From: Chrysemys picta bellii
Taxonomy: Eukaryota
Assembly (NCBI RefSeq): GCF_011386835.1
Contig: NC_088794.1
Span: 26,660,001-26,724,000 of the forward strand
Length of the DNA: 64,000 nucleotides
Reading direction: 5' to 3'
Below the pieces are notes generated by a model. It worked only from the letters and a program-made list of their open reading frames with translations. It ran no database searches and was not told the origin of the DNA. Positions 50,880 to 62,500 of this stretch are shown here, piece after piece; within the stretch, counting starts at the first letter, position 1; each line of letters opens with the position of its first letter. The position numbers and the translations under genes are program-made.

Positions 50880-51420
50880 GCAACGAGCCACGCAGGCAGG
50901 AGACGGGCTTCGAACCCAGGAGATGTTAAACCAATAATCAAGGCGGGGGGACGAGGGTGTCTGAGCCGGCAGGCTCCCGGGGGGTCCCTGGGCTGGCTGG
51001 AGGAACCCTCCGGGGCAGCGCGGAGATGCCGGGACTCCGGGAGCTGGAGCTTTACGCAGAGCCCCAGCCCCAGAGGGCCTGCCTCTGCCACCGCCACCAA
51101 ACAACGCAGCCCCCGCTGCACAAAGCCCGGCGGGTCCTCCAGCACCATCGAGCCGCGGGGCTGAGCCGGATGGAGCGGCGCGAGCCGCTCTGGCCCCGCA
51201 CTTCCGCTTCCCTAGTCCGCGTTGCCGGAAGCGATGTCGCTGGGTGACAGTTTCCATGGAGATGGAAGATGGCGCCCAGAAGTAAGTGCGGGGAGGGGGT
51301 CCCGGATTCCCTCCCCCCCAGCCCGGTGCGTGGGACACCCCCTCCCCCCCAGGAGCCTTCACCGAGTGCGGGGCGGCAGCATCCGGGGGCGCATGCCGGG
51401 GGGCTGTGCCACGTGACTCC
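50880..51420 (+). promoter_or_regulatory. CpG island / TMEM216 promoter with tandem RFX X-box-like motifs
   Basis: Ets-like CTTCCGCTTCC (51201-51211), X-box GTCGCTGGGTGAC (51236-51248), X-box-like GTTTCCATGGAGAT (51250-51263), and YY1-like AAGATGGCG (51266-51274) overlapping the start codon. Confidence 0.75.
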
Positions 51421-54400
51421 TAATCCTTGCGGGAAAGACACGTGACCTCCCCATTCCCACCTTCGGGGTGCACGTCCCCCTGCCCCACCTTCTACATGGG
51501 ATGCCACGTGACCTCCCACTTCCCTGACCACCCTGGGGCTGCCATGTGACCCCGTCCTCGCGGGAAGGGCCCTTGACCTTCCCCTCCATGGGGGGGAGGA
51601 GCACATCCCTTCCCCCAATCCATCCCAGGGGGCCACCTGCCTCCCTTTCCCCCACCCCATGGACGGAGCTATGCCCCCCCCGCAGCCCTGTTTCCCTCTG
51701 ATTCCCTCCAAGCCTTTCACCCCAGATGCTGATGGAGAGGGTGTCCCTGCCCAATCGCCCCCTCCTGCACCTTCAGGAGCTGGTTTAAACGAGCAGATTT
51801 TATATCTCAGGAAAGCACCGAGCTCCCCCCCCCCCCACAAACACACAGATCCACTGACCCCAGCTGGCTCAAAGGGTGCTGAAAAGGGTCAGGCAGCGTT
51901 AGCTCTGGCAGTGAGATCCATTCTCATAGGGTTACCATATTTTAGTTTTAAAAAAGGAGGACACTCCAGGGAGCCCCAGCCCCGCCCCAAGTCCGCCCCT
52001 TCCCCAAAGTCCCCGCCCCAACTCTGCCCCTTCCCCTGAATGCTCCGTCCCCTGCTCCTCCCCCTCCCCTGCTTCGAATGTTCATGAGAAGCCTGAAACA
52101 GGGAGGCAGCAGGTAAGCTGGGGCGGGGTGCGGCGCGGCCCAGTCCGGCCCAGCGGCTCCCTCTGGCGGCCGACCGGCCCAGGCCAAGAGGCTCTGGCCC
52201 CGGTGTCTCCGGTCCGGCTCGGCTCGGGCCCGGGGGCGCCGGCCCCAGCCCGAGCGGCCCCGGCCTGAGCACCCCCGGCCCAGCACCGCCGGCCTCGGTC
52301 CTGGCCCTGGCCGAGCACCCCCGTCCCCGTCCCGGCCGAGCACCGTCGGCCCCGTCCCCGTCCCGGCCGAGCACCGTCGGCCCCGGCCCCGTCCCGGCCG
52401 AGCACCGTCGGCCCCGGCCCCGTCCCCGTCCCGGCCGAGCACCGTCGGCCCCGGCCCCGTCCCCGTCCCGGCCGAGCACCGTCGGCCCCGGCCCCGGCCC
52501 CGTCCCGGCCGAGCACCGTCGGCCCCGGCCCCGGCCCCGTCCCGGCCGAGCACCGTCGGCCCCGGCCCCGGCCCCGTCCCGGCCGAGCACCGTCGGCCCC
52601 GGCCCCGTCCNNNNNNNNNNNNNNNNNNNNNNNNNNNNNNNNNNNNNNNNNNNNNNNNNNNNNNNNNNNNNNNNNNNNNNNNNNNNNNNNNNNNNNNNNN
52701 NNNNNNNNNNNNNNNNNNNNNNNNNNNNNNNNNNNNNNNNNNNNNNNNNNNNNNNNNNNNNNNNNNNNNNNNNNNNNNNNNNNNNNNNNNNNNNNNNNNN
52801 NNNNNNNNNNNNNNNNNNNNNNNNNNNNNNNNNNNNNNNNNNNNNNNNNNNNNNNNNNNNNNNNNNNNNNNNNNNNNNNNNNNNNNNNNNNNNNNNNNNN
52901 NNNNNNNNNNNNNNNNNNNNNNNNNNNNNNNNNNNNNNNNNNNNNNNNNNNNNNNNNNNNNNNNNNNNNNNNNNNNNNNNNNNNNNNNNNNNNNNNNNNN
53001 NNNNNNNNNNNNNNNNNNNNNNNNNNNNNNNNNNNNNNNNNNNNNNNNNNNNNNNNNNNNNNNNNNNNNNNNNNNNNNNNNNNNNNNNNNNNNNNNNNNN
53101 NNNNNNNNNNNNNNNNNNNNNNNNNNNNNNNNNNNNNNNNNNNNNNNNNNNNNNNNNNNNNNNNNNNNNNNNNNNNNNNNNNNNNNNNNNNNNNNNNNNN
53201 NNNNNNNNNNNNNNNNNNNNNNNNNNNNNNNNNNNNNNNNNNNNNNNNNNNNNNNNNNNNNNNNNNNNNNNNNNNNNNNNNNNNNNNNNNNNNNNNNNNN
53301 NNNNNNNNNNNNNNNNNNNNNNNNNNNNNNNNNNNNNNNNNNNNNNNNNNNNNNNNNNNNNNNNNNNNNNNNNNNNNNNNNNNNNNNNNNNNNNNNNNNN
53401 NNNNNNNNNNNNNNNNNNNNNNNNNNNNNNNNNNNNNNNNNNNNNNNNNNNNNNNNNNNNNNNNNNNNNNNNNNNNNNNNNNNNNNNNNNNNNNNNNNNN
53501 NNNNNNNNNNNNNNNNNNNNNNNNNNNNNNNNNNNNNNNNNNNNNNNNNNNNNNNNNNNNNNNNNNNNNNNNNNNNNNNNNNNNNNNNNNNNNACCGTCG
53601 GCCCCGGCCCCGGCCCCGTCCCCGGCNNNNNNNNNNNNNNNNNNNNNNNNNNNNNNNNNNNNNNNNNNNNNNNNNNNNNNNNNNNNNNNNNNNNNNNNNN
53701 NNNNNNNNNNNNNNNNNNNNNNNNNNNNNNNNNNNNNNNNNNNNNNNNNNNNNNNNNNNNNNNNNNNNNNNNNNNNNNNNNNNNNNNNNNNNNNNNNNNN
53801 NNNNNNNNGGCCCCGTCCCCGGCCCCGTCCCGGCCGAGCACCGTCGGCCCCGTCCCCGTCCCGGCCGAGCACCGTCGGCCCCGTCCCGGCCGAGCAGCGC
53901 CAGCCCCGTCCCCGTCCCGTCCGAGCACCGTCGGCCCCGGCCCGGCTGAGCACCGCCAGCCCCAGCCGAGCACCCCCGCCCCTGCACCCCCGGCCCTGGC
54001 CGAGCACTGCCGGGCCCTCCCTCCCTATTTTCCCAGACATGTCTGGCTTTTTGGAATTTCCTCCCAGACGGAGGATTTGAGGCCCAAAAAGCCGGACATG
54101 TCCGGGAAAATCCGGACGTATGGTAACCCTAATTCTCATCACTAACCTGATTACGATTTATCGGTACCTTGAAAACACCGCATACTACAGGGTTCTGTCA
54201 TCTCATAGACTTTAAGATCAGAAGGGACCATCATGATCATCTAGTCCGGGATGGGCAAACTTTTTGGCCCAAGGGCTACATCTGGTAATGGAAATTGTAT
54301 AGAGGGCCATGAATGATCACAAAATTGGGTGTTGGGGTGCGGGAGGGGGTGAGGGCTCTGGCTGGGGGTGCGAGCTCTGGGGTGGAGCCAGACATGAGGA

Positions 54401-57400
54401 GTTCAGGGTGCGGGAGGGTGGCTCCGGGCTGGGGCAGGGGGTTTGGAGGGCAGGAGGGGAATCAGGGCTGGGGCAGGTGGTTGGGGCATGGGAGGAGGTC
54501 AGGGGTGCAGGCTCCAGGCAGTGCTTACCTCAAGCAGCTCCCAAAAGCAGCGACATGTCCCACCTCTGGCTCCTATGTGGCGATGCAGCCAGGCGGCTTG
54601 GCGCACTGCCTGTCCGCAGGCGCCGCCCCTGCAGCTCCCATTGGCCATGGGTCCAATGAGAGCTGCGGGGACGGCGCTTGAGGTGGGGGCAGCGTGCGGA
54701 GCCCCCTGACTGCACCTACGTGTAGGAGCCAGAGAGGGGACATGCCACTGGTTCCGGGAGCCACACCCTGCCCCCTGGATTAAAATATCTGAAGGGCCGC
54801 ATGCGGCCTCCGGACCGTAGTTTGCCCACCCCAATCTAGTCTGACCCCCTGCACATTGCAGGCCACAGAACCTCACCCACCCACTCCTGAAATAGACCCC
54901 TAACCTCTTGAAGTCCTCAAATCATGGTTTAAAGACTTAAGGTCACAGAGAATCCACCATTTACAGACATATTCCTGGGAACTTTGTTTCACCCCAGTCA
55001 GAACAGAAGACAAGAGCTATGGGTCTCTGGCTTGTTACTTCCAAAACAACATGTTCTACTGCTAAATGACCAGCCCACACAGCTGAAAGCTTGTCTGCCA
55101 CATCACTGCTGGTGGAGTCAATGCTTCACCTTGGCCTGAAGCACCAACCAGATAGAAACAGCCGGCTTGGAGAGTGCGAAGCCAGCTCCTGCTGCCGAGT
55201 TTCACTCCTTGCTGCCTGATACCCTGCTGTAAAGTGGGGTAGGTGGCACACTACTGTGTGGCTGGGCATGTGTAGGAGCTCTTTGATCTTAGTTGGGCCT
55301 GCTGCCCTGCCATGTTTTCTCTTTAAATACAAGTTTCCTGTTCTCAAAAATCCTCTTCCTGCCAAGGGTGGCACCAAGCAGAGGGAGAAAAAAACAAAAT
55401 GTAGTGGGGAAAGCTCCTGCCTGCAGACAGAAAGTGGAGAGGCTTAGAGAACCACAGTGCCTGCTTCTAGCGGAGAAGAGCCAACCACGAAACAACGGCT
55501 GGAAGCTGAAGCTGAAGCTGGACAAATTCAAATTAGACAATAGGCCGACGTTCCCAACAGTGAGGGGACAGACCATGGGAAAAAATGACCCAGGGAAGTG
55601 GGGGAGTTACATCACCTCTCTGGAAGATGCTTTAGTCAAACGCAAGTTACTGGACTCATGCCAGATGTGAGGTCAGCCCCAAGTGGCAGCTCGTCCGGCC
55701 TCTGGGGTAACTTGGCAACCTGTGCTATACAGGAGGTCAGACTCAGTGATCCCTTCTGGCCTTAGACGATGTGAAATCACAATAGCACCCAGCAGCCCCA
55801 GCTGAGATCAGGGCTCCATTCTGCTGCACTAATGCATTGCGAGAACCAGCCCCTGCCCCAGTGAAACAAAATAGGCAAAAGCTGGGAGAAAGCACTGGAA
55901 TGGGTTACCTAGAGAGGTGGTGGAATCTCCTTCCTTAGAGGTTTTTAAGGTCAGGCTTGACAAAGCCCTGGCTGGGATGATTTAGTTGGGAATTGGTCCT
56001 GCTTGAGCAGGGGGTTGGACTAGATGACCTCCTGAAGTCCCTTCCAACCCTGATATTCTATGATTCTATGAAATGAAGGATTCTTATCCCCATTTTACAG
56101 ATGGGAAACTGAGGCCCAGAGAGACTCAGGGTCAGATTTTGAGGTGCCTAAATAGGCAGGTGAGCACCTGTCTACATTTTTAGGTGCCTACATCTCTTTG
56201 TAAGTCTGTGCTCAGTGGCTCGCCCAGGGTCATGCAAGGAGCCTGTTGCAGAGCTGGGAAAGGATCCAGGCCAGTAGTACCTTGACCACCTATCCTCTCA
56301 GTCAGTCCCTTGTGTTCAGCCTATCTCAGAGAGCCAGACAATCCCTCATCCTACGAGGGCGGGGCTCCCATGGGGAGTTAGGGGTTAATGCAGCTCAGGC
56401 CCTTTTGGCTTCCTCTGCCCTCTTTGGGGGGAAGAATAAGGCCGGCAGGCCTGCATGGGGAGCAGCACCTCGCCCATTCATGCTATTCATCTGCCCATCC
56501 CCCAGGCCGCCAGCTCTCCTCTACGCCGCTGGAAATCCTGCTCTTCCTCAATGGATGGTATTATGCCACTTACTTCCTCCTGGAGATCTTCATATTCGTC
56601 TATAAAGGTGAGTTCCCTCCACTGCCATTCCAGATCACCAGGGACTACTACAGAACAGCCTTTGGCAGCAGGGCTGCCCTCTGTGCTGTGGTATCAAGCG
56701 CCACTTGACTGAGGGCAAGGCAGGCAGGACAAGCCCAGTGGAGTGCCAGCTGACTTATTCCACCCAAGCCCCTCAGGCCTCCCAGCCCATCCATGCGTTT
56801 CAGCCACTCCCAGCCCGTTGCAGGGCTGCATCTGGTGGGAGGGAGGAGTAAGAGGAAGCCTTTGGCTCTGATGCTGGGCAAGGGCCGGGACCCATTAGAT
56901 GAGCCACTCTGCACTGCATTTCTGTGGTCCTGCTGGCACCTCTCTGGGGCTCTCCCCCAGACTTGCTGTCCCTGGAGGAAGGCCTTCGGGCTGAGAACCA
57001 CTAGTTATTCACGGCCATCTCCCCTTCCTTAGGGGCCTGTCCCGGTGAGGGACAGTGGCACCCCAGAAAGAGGGTTTGGAGGCCTTGCACTCCTCCTGAA
57101 ACAGGTGACTTGTGTCCACAGGGCTGCTGTTACCATACCCCTCTGCCAACTTGGCCCTGGATCTGGTCATGCTCTTCCTCTACCTCGGCATTGAAGTCAC
57201 TCGGATATTTTTTGGTGAGTGCCTAAGATTAACAGCCAGCTCTGGAACAACAGGGCAAGCAGCCCCCTGGGGGCAAACAGCTCTGAGACAGCTGGACTGG
57301 TGCCTGATTTCACTGGGCCGCCAAGCAGCCAGCACATGACTGGCTTTTGCTCACTCAGCTTGGAGATGGATCAGTGCCTAGAGTTGAAGAGCTCTTTGCC

Positions 57401-58400
57401 TGAGCCAGCCAGGTTTCTGGACCAGGGGCCAGAGGCCTAGAGAGGAAAGGCTCCATGTCCCATTCCCTGCCCTTGGGCTGGATTGGAGCCTGTGTCCTAG
57501 AGGGGATAGGCTCTATATCCCTGTCCCCCCAGTTGTGCCCCTCCAGGAAGCTGCGTGCGTGGATGGCTGCAGGGCAGGGAGCAGTTGCCTTACTAACTGT
57601 GCCACGTGGCAGGCTCCAAGGGGAACCTGTGCCAGCGGAAGGTGCCGCTCTCCATCAGCCTGGCCTTGACATTCCCAGCGGCAGTGATGGCGGCCTATTA
57701 CCTGCTCCTGCAGACCTACGCCCTCCGGCTGGAGGCCATCCTCAATGCCATCCTGCTGCTCTTCTATGCCGTCGAGCTGCTCCTGGGCATCCTCACCCTG
57801 GCCTCCTTCTCCAGGTACCCCACCCCCTCCTGCCCTGAGCAGCAGCACCACTGGGAGGCAGTGGGAAACTGAGCAGCTGTGGGCAGGGTCTGGAGGGGTA
57901 ACATGGGAGGAGCTGGGGTGGACAGACTGGCCAGGAGGGAGACAGGATCCAAGGGGTGAAAAAGCACTGGGGCTGGGGGAGACTGGACCATTCATGGGCT
58001 AGTGGAAATGAGGGAATAACTAGGTCATGAGCAAGGAGGGAGGCTGTGGTGGAGACAGGATGAGGGAGGGAAAGTGTGGAGAGAAAACGCTGATGATACA
58101 AACAGGGAATGGCTGGGCAGGTGGCTCATGCACATGCCTGGGGATCAGGACTCCTGGGTGCCATTCCTGACTGCCCCTGCCTCGGTTTCCTCATCTGCAC
58201 TCCTCTCCTCTGGTTGGCTGCTACGAGGACAGATTCCCAGGGGTGTGTGGAAGCAGTTGGGGTGACAGGGTTGCCCAGGGATGTGAGGGAAGCTCCCCCC
58301 CCCAGCCAGAGCCGTGTGGGGTTGGAGAGGCTGCTGAGGGTCTGCAATTGACGGCCAGGCTCTCTCCTGTTTATCTCCCTCTAGGGTGGACTCATATTAA
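51269..58400 (+). CDS. TMEM216: Transmembrane protein 216 (ciliary transition zone), 141 aa
   Basis: Starts [28 protein letters not shown], contains [10 protein letters not shown] and [10 protein letters not shown], ends FSRVDSY*. Exons: 51269-51281, 56506-56607, 57122-57214, 57613-57814, 58385-58400 (426 nt). Confidence 0.95.
52230..54010. repeat. GC-rich minisatellite, ~25-37-bp units built from CCGAGCACCGTCGG and (CCCCGG/CCCCGT)n
   Basis: Tandem units directly visible on both sides of, and between, the assembly gaps. Confidence 0.9.
52611..53808. other. Assembly gaps (N at 52611-53593 and 53627-53808)
   Basis: Runs of N with a 33-bp repeat island between them. Confidence 1.
54246..54833. 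mobile_element. hAT (Charlie-like) element inserted into a CR1 3'-end remnant
   Basis: Ends GGGATGGGCAAAC ... GTTTGCCCACCCC, ATCTAGT duplicated (54239-54245 and 54834-54840). Flanks 54200-54245 and 54834-54965 rejoin as minus-strand CR1 tail. Confidence 0.8.
55430..55770 (+). mobile_element. Older degraded CR1-like 3' fragment
   Basis: ORF2 C-terminal-like segment ([14 protein letters not shown]) and degraded 3' UTR. Confidence 0.55.
55895..56071 (+). mobile_element. CR1 LINE 3' end
   Basis: CR1 3' UTR GGGGGTTGGACTAGATGACCTCC...CCCTTCCAACCC followed by an ATTCTATGATTCTATGA tail. Confidence 0.9.
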
Positions 58401-59081
58401 GGCTCCATCCAGCCTGTTCCGGGCCAGACAAGGCGACGCGTTGCCCCAGCGCCTGGGACTGAGGCCACACATTCCCTCCCTCCACGGCTGGTCTGATGGC
58501 GGCGTCTCAGCCCCTCAGAGCAGAGCTAGACCCAGCCACAGCCTCGTTCCACATCAGCCCCTCCTGGGCATGAAGCCACCACTGGCGTGCCCAGCAACTT
58601 GGAGAGAGACTTTAACTCGCATCCCAGACCTGGCGCCTCATGAAGCAGCCATTCCGTGTGCCCAGGCATCACTCACCCGCTGCAGGCACCGCCCTCCCCT
58701 GCCTGCTGTGCAGTGGGGGAGAGGAGGGGGGGAAGAGGGGGAGAGGCTGCTGGGAGCTGACATGGATCCCATTCCGGCCCCTACAGCCAGGGCTTAGAGT
58801 TTGTCCGAGCCCACGCATACAAGGCCAAGTGGCCCCTGGCCCAGACCACACCCCCATGGATCATGCCTGCACCTTCTGTGTCCTCCCATTTCAGCACGGG
58901 GGTGGAGAGGCAGACACCCAGGGCCCCCCTTGTAAGTATTAATAAGCTCCTGTCTATCGCATGTGTGACTGATTGAGAGGTGCTTCCACCCGCTCCCCCA
59001 CATTCAGTGTTATTTGCTGTAGCAGTGACTCGTGGCACTTTTCCCCCTCCTCTCGCATCCTCCAAATCAATACTATTTTCC

Positions 59082-59087
59082 AATAAA
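59082..59087 (+). terminator. Likely TMEM216 polyadenylation signal
   Basis: AATAAA followed by the T-rich tract TATTTATTTTTCT. Confidence 0.6.
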
Positions 59088-59482
59088 TATTTATTTTTCT
59101 GCTACTGCTGCTGCCTGGAGCCTTTTCATTAGAGTAGGGCTTCCCCCAGGAGGCAGCAAGGAGGCACCTCCCCCCTGGGCCACTAGGGGGCAGCCTGCTC
59201 CCACTTCAGGACACATGAATGCTCCCTGCGCCACAGAGCACTGCTCTGGCTGGGAGAAGCCCCATCAATTCGCCTCCCCTGACCCACATCTCCTCCCAAC
59301 AGCTGGCTCCAGGTGGCAGGCCAGGCCCATGCCAGCCTGCACTGTCTGCCCCAGCCTGGACCCACTCTCCAGGCAGCAGGAGGGATACTGATAGTGAGGC
59401 AAGATGGGCAATGACCGGGTGGCAGCAGGAGGGGAGGGGGTCCCAGCAATAGGCTGGCAGCACTTGGACAGTGGAAGAGAAG

Positions 59483-59488
59483 TTTATT
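59483..59488 (-). terminator. Likely polyadenylation signal of the fascin-like gene
   Basis: TTTATT on plus, 18 nt downstream of the TAA stop on the minus strand. Confidence 0.65.
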
Positions 59489-59505
59489 TCAGGGGCTAGA
59501 GACCC

Positions 59506-62500
59506 TTAGTAGTGGAAGGGCGTGGCAGAGGCTGCGTCTGAGGCCCCTGCCCACAGGCGGCCCCCCGCCTCCGCCACCAGGTACTTGCTGTTGGGAGCCT
59601 TCAGCACGAGGCAGCTGGAGGAGATGAACTGGAGGGTGAAGTTGCTGGGGTGGTCTCCGTTCGCCATGACCAGCCCGTCCTTATCCAGGCTCCAGTACTT
59701 GGTGGCTGTGGGCCAAAGGGAGCAGTTAGGGCTGGGTGACATGGATCATGGCAGAGGGGGCGGCCAGAGTGAAAGGGCACACTTGTAACCTAGGGGAGGT
59801 GCTGCCGCAGGATGTTATGGGTGGAAGCATTCCAGGAGATGCACACCAGAGCCTTGCTGCAGAGCGGACACTAGGTGGGGCCAGCATGGACTCTGCTCCT
59901 AGGAGGATTATGGGAGGGGCAGAGGGCGCTTCCCCCTTGCCTCTGAAGTGCTGGCTACTGCAAATTGATGGGAAGGGGAGGAGCTGGGGGCCTTCAGCAG
60001 TTCATTGACTGACCCCCCAGTGATGGAAAAGGGCATTTCCAGCCTGGGCAGAGGAACCCTGGGCAACCCTCCTTCCTAAGACATGGCCAAGGGCCCCTCC
60101 CCCCACTTCCAGTCAGGTTCCCCTAGCACCCCCATCCCCAGGGATACTCCAGTGCCTGGCACACCCTCATCACCCTGCACACCCACACTCCAGCCCCTGG
60201 CACAGATCCTCAGTCCCCTCCCCATGCCTGGTACTCCCCAGCCCCCTGGCGTCTCCATGCCCCAGACCCTGGCAGGAACCCCGTGCCGCACCGACTCTGA
60301 AGTGGCAGAAGCCGTCCTCGCTGAGTGTCAGGGCACTGGCATCGTAGGCTGGCCGGTTTCCGTCCAGGCGCTGCGTCCCGGGGAACAGCCCCACGAAGCC
60401 CGCCTCGCTCTGCAGGATCAGCAGGGGCCGGTTCACCAGCAGCAGCAGAAACTCCTCCCCCTTGCCTGAGGGCACAGATCCCCGCAGGCAGCGTTAGCTC
60501 CAGCTGGCCCCACACAGGGCACAGGATGGAGGCTACCAGCTAGGGTGACCAGATGTCCCGATTTTATAGGGACAGTCCCAATTTTTGGGTCTTTTTCTTA
60601 TATAGGCTCCTATTACCCCCCACCCCCTGTCCCGATTTTTCACACTTACTGTCTGGTCACCCTACTACCGGCCTGCAGAGGCGCTGTGTGGAGGCAGACA
60701 GGGCCAAAGCTCTGTCAAGTCAGGTCAGGAGGGGCTGCTGCTGAGAACCATCCCTTCAGTATATGGGGCAGGCCAGGGCCCACTCCCCCGGGGATGGGGG
60801 GAATAGGGGTGACTATAGGAGGCCAAAGCTGCTGTGTGCCCAAAATCACCATCGCTGCTGAAGAGCAAGCCCTGGAAACGGACGCTCTCCTTGCAGGGCA
60901 GTCCTGGCCCCTGCCCCAGGGCCTCATTCCAAGGCCAGGGCGGACCCTGGCTGCAACCAAGGGGGGCAGTTAGTGCCAGTGATCTGGGCAGAGACGTCAC
61001 GTGAGCCCCACAACAGCCACTGCACGGGAGGGATTTATCAGCGCCGCCCCGGGGCTGGATGGGAAGTGTGGGGCACTGAGGTGAAGGGCCTCTATCGCAT
61101 TGTCTACCCCCCTCCCCAATTAGGGGTATCGGCTTCGTCCCGCCCCTACCTGCTGCCTCGGGCACCAGCAGCAGCTGCCCATTGGGCCTGGTGGCCATGT
61201 GTCTGCCGTCAGCCATTCGCAGGGTCACCCTCTGCTCCCGGTACTGGAGTGAGAACCAGACCCCCTTGTCTTGGGTGCTGGTGCTCACCACAGAATCCTT
61301 GGGGCCCTGCAAGGAGGCAGCATTAGGGGGCGGGGACAGGTGCTCAGCCCTCATGTTCCCCCTTTGGGGGGGATCAGGAGCTGCTCCCGTTCCCAGTTGG
61401 GGTCTAGCCACAGGCCCGGTCCTTGGAGCAATGTTCCCCTGCCACAACCTAACACCTCCCTAAGAGAGGGGCAAACATGGCTCTGGGGCAGGGCTAAGGA
61501 GGGCACCAGCTGGGCACAGGGCTGGGCAGAGGAGGGACAGAGGGACTGAGATTCAAAGCTCTCCTACCCAGGCCCCGGCAGGGCCGGCTTTAGGAAGTGC
61601 GGGGCCCAATTCGAACATTTTCAGCGGGGCCCCGGCAGGGATGACTAAAAAAAAAAAAATTCATGTAAAAAAAAGCCTTTCATTTCTTAGCAACCGGTTC
61701 CCTATAAAAAGTTCTGATTTAAGGGATGTGCCACAGTATGTATTTTTTGTACCAATAGGGTTACCATATGTCCATATTTTCCTGGGAGGAATTTTTAAAT
61801 TTTTAAATTTTAAAAATTCCTCCCAGACGGCGATTTAAGAACCAAAAAGCCTGACATGTCCGGAAAAATACGGATGTATGTTAACCCTACCTAAAGTTCT
61901 TTTTTTAAAAAGATGGGCCTGAACTAGAAATGAGCTCCGTTTCACATGTGTGGGTCCCCACCACTCCCTGGGGGTGTGCACATGTGTGGGTCCCAGCTGC
62001 TCCCTGCCCCCCTCATTGAAGCTTCCGGGAAAGGTGTGCAGGATTACTGCCCTGGGAACTCCAGGGCACCACTGGACATGGGGCTGGCTGGAGACAGGGC
62101 AGGGGCTGACTGGAGGTAGGGTCTGGCTGCAGGCAGGGGAAGGGATGAGGGGCTGGCTGGAGACAGGGGTGTGTGCGGTGGGCTGGCTGGCTTCAGGCAG
62201 GGCCGCAGGGGTGTGTGGCATGGGTTGGCAGGGCTGGAGACAGAGGAGTGCGGGACTGGCTGGCTTCAGGCAGGGGTGTGCGGCAGGGGTTGGCTGGAAA
62301 CAGGGCAGAGGGTGCGGGGCTGGCTACAGGCAGGGCAGGGGGTGCAGGGCTGGTGTGGGCAGGGCATAGGGTGCAGGGCTGGTGCGGGCAGGGGTGTGTG
62401 TGGGGCTGGCTGGCTTCAGGAAGGGCTGCAGGGGGGTGCGGCAGGGGCTGGCTGTGGGCAGGGGGTGCAGGGCTGGCTGCAGGCAGTAGCAGGGCAGGGG

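Larger units (their letters stand above)
51927..54131. mobile_element. hAT-type non-autonomous element (TIR TAGGGTTACCAT) carrying an expanded VNTR
   Basis: TAGGGTTACCATA ... TATGGTAACCCTA, ATTCTCA duplicated at both flanks (51920-51926 and 54132-54138); lies in TMEM216 intron 1. Confidence 0.75.

Noticed and set aside
52230-52610. Regularly spaced ~30-bp repeats superficially like a CRISPR array
   Set aside because: No unique spacers, eukaryotic context and no cas genes; it is a minisatellite.
51889-54142. Three ORFs of 679-694 aa on the minus strand
   Set aside because: Artefacts of N runs plus a stop-poor GC-rich tandem repeat; no protein-like content.
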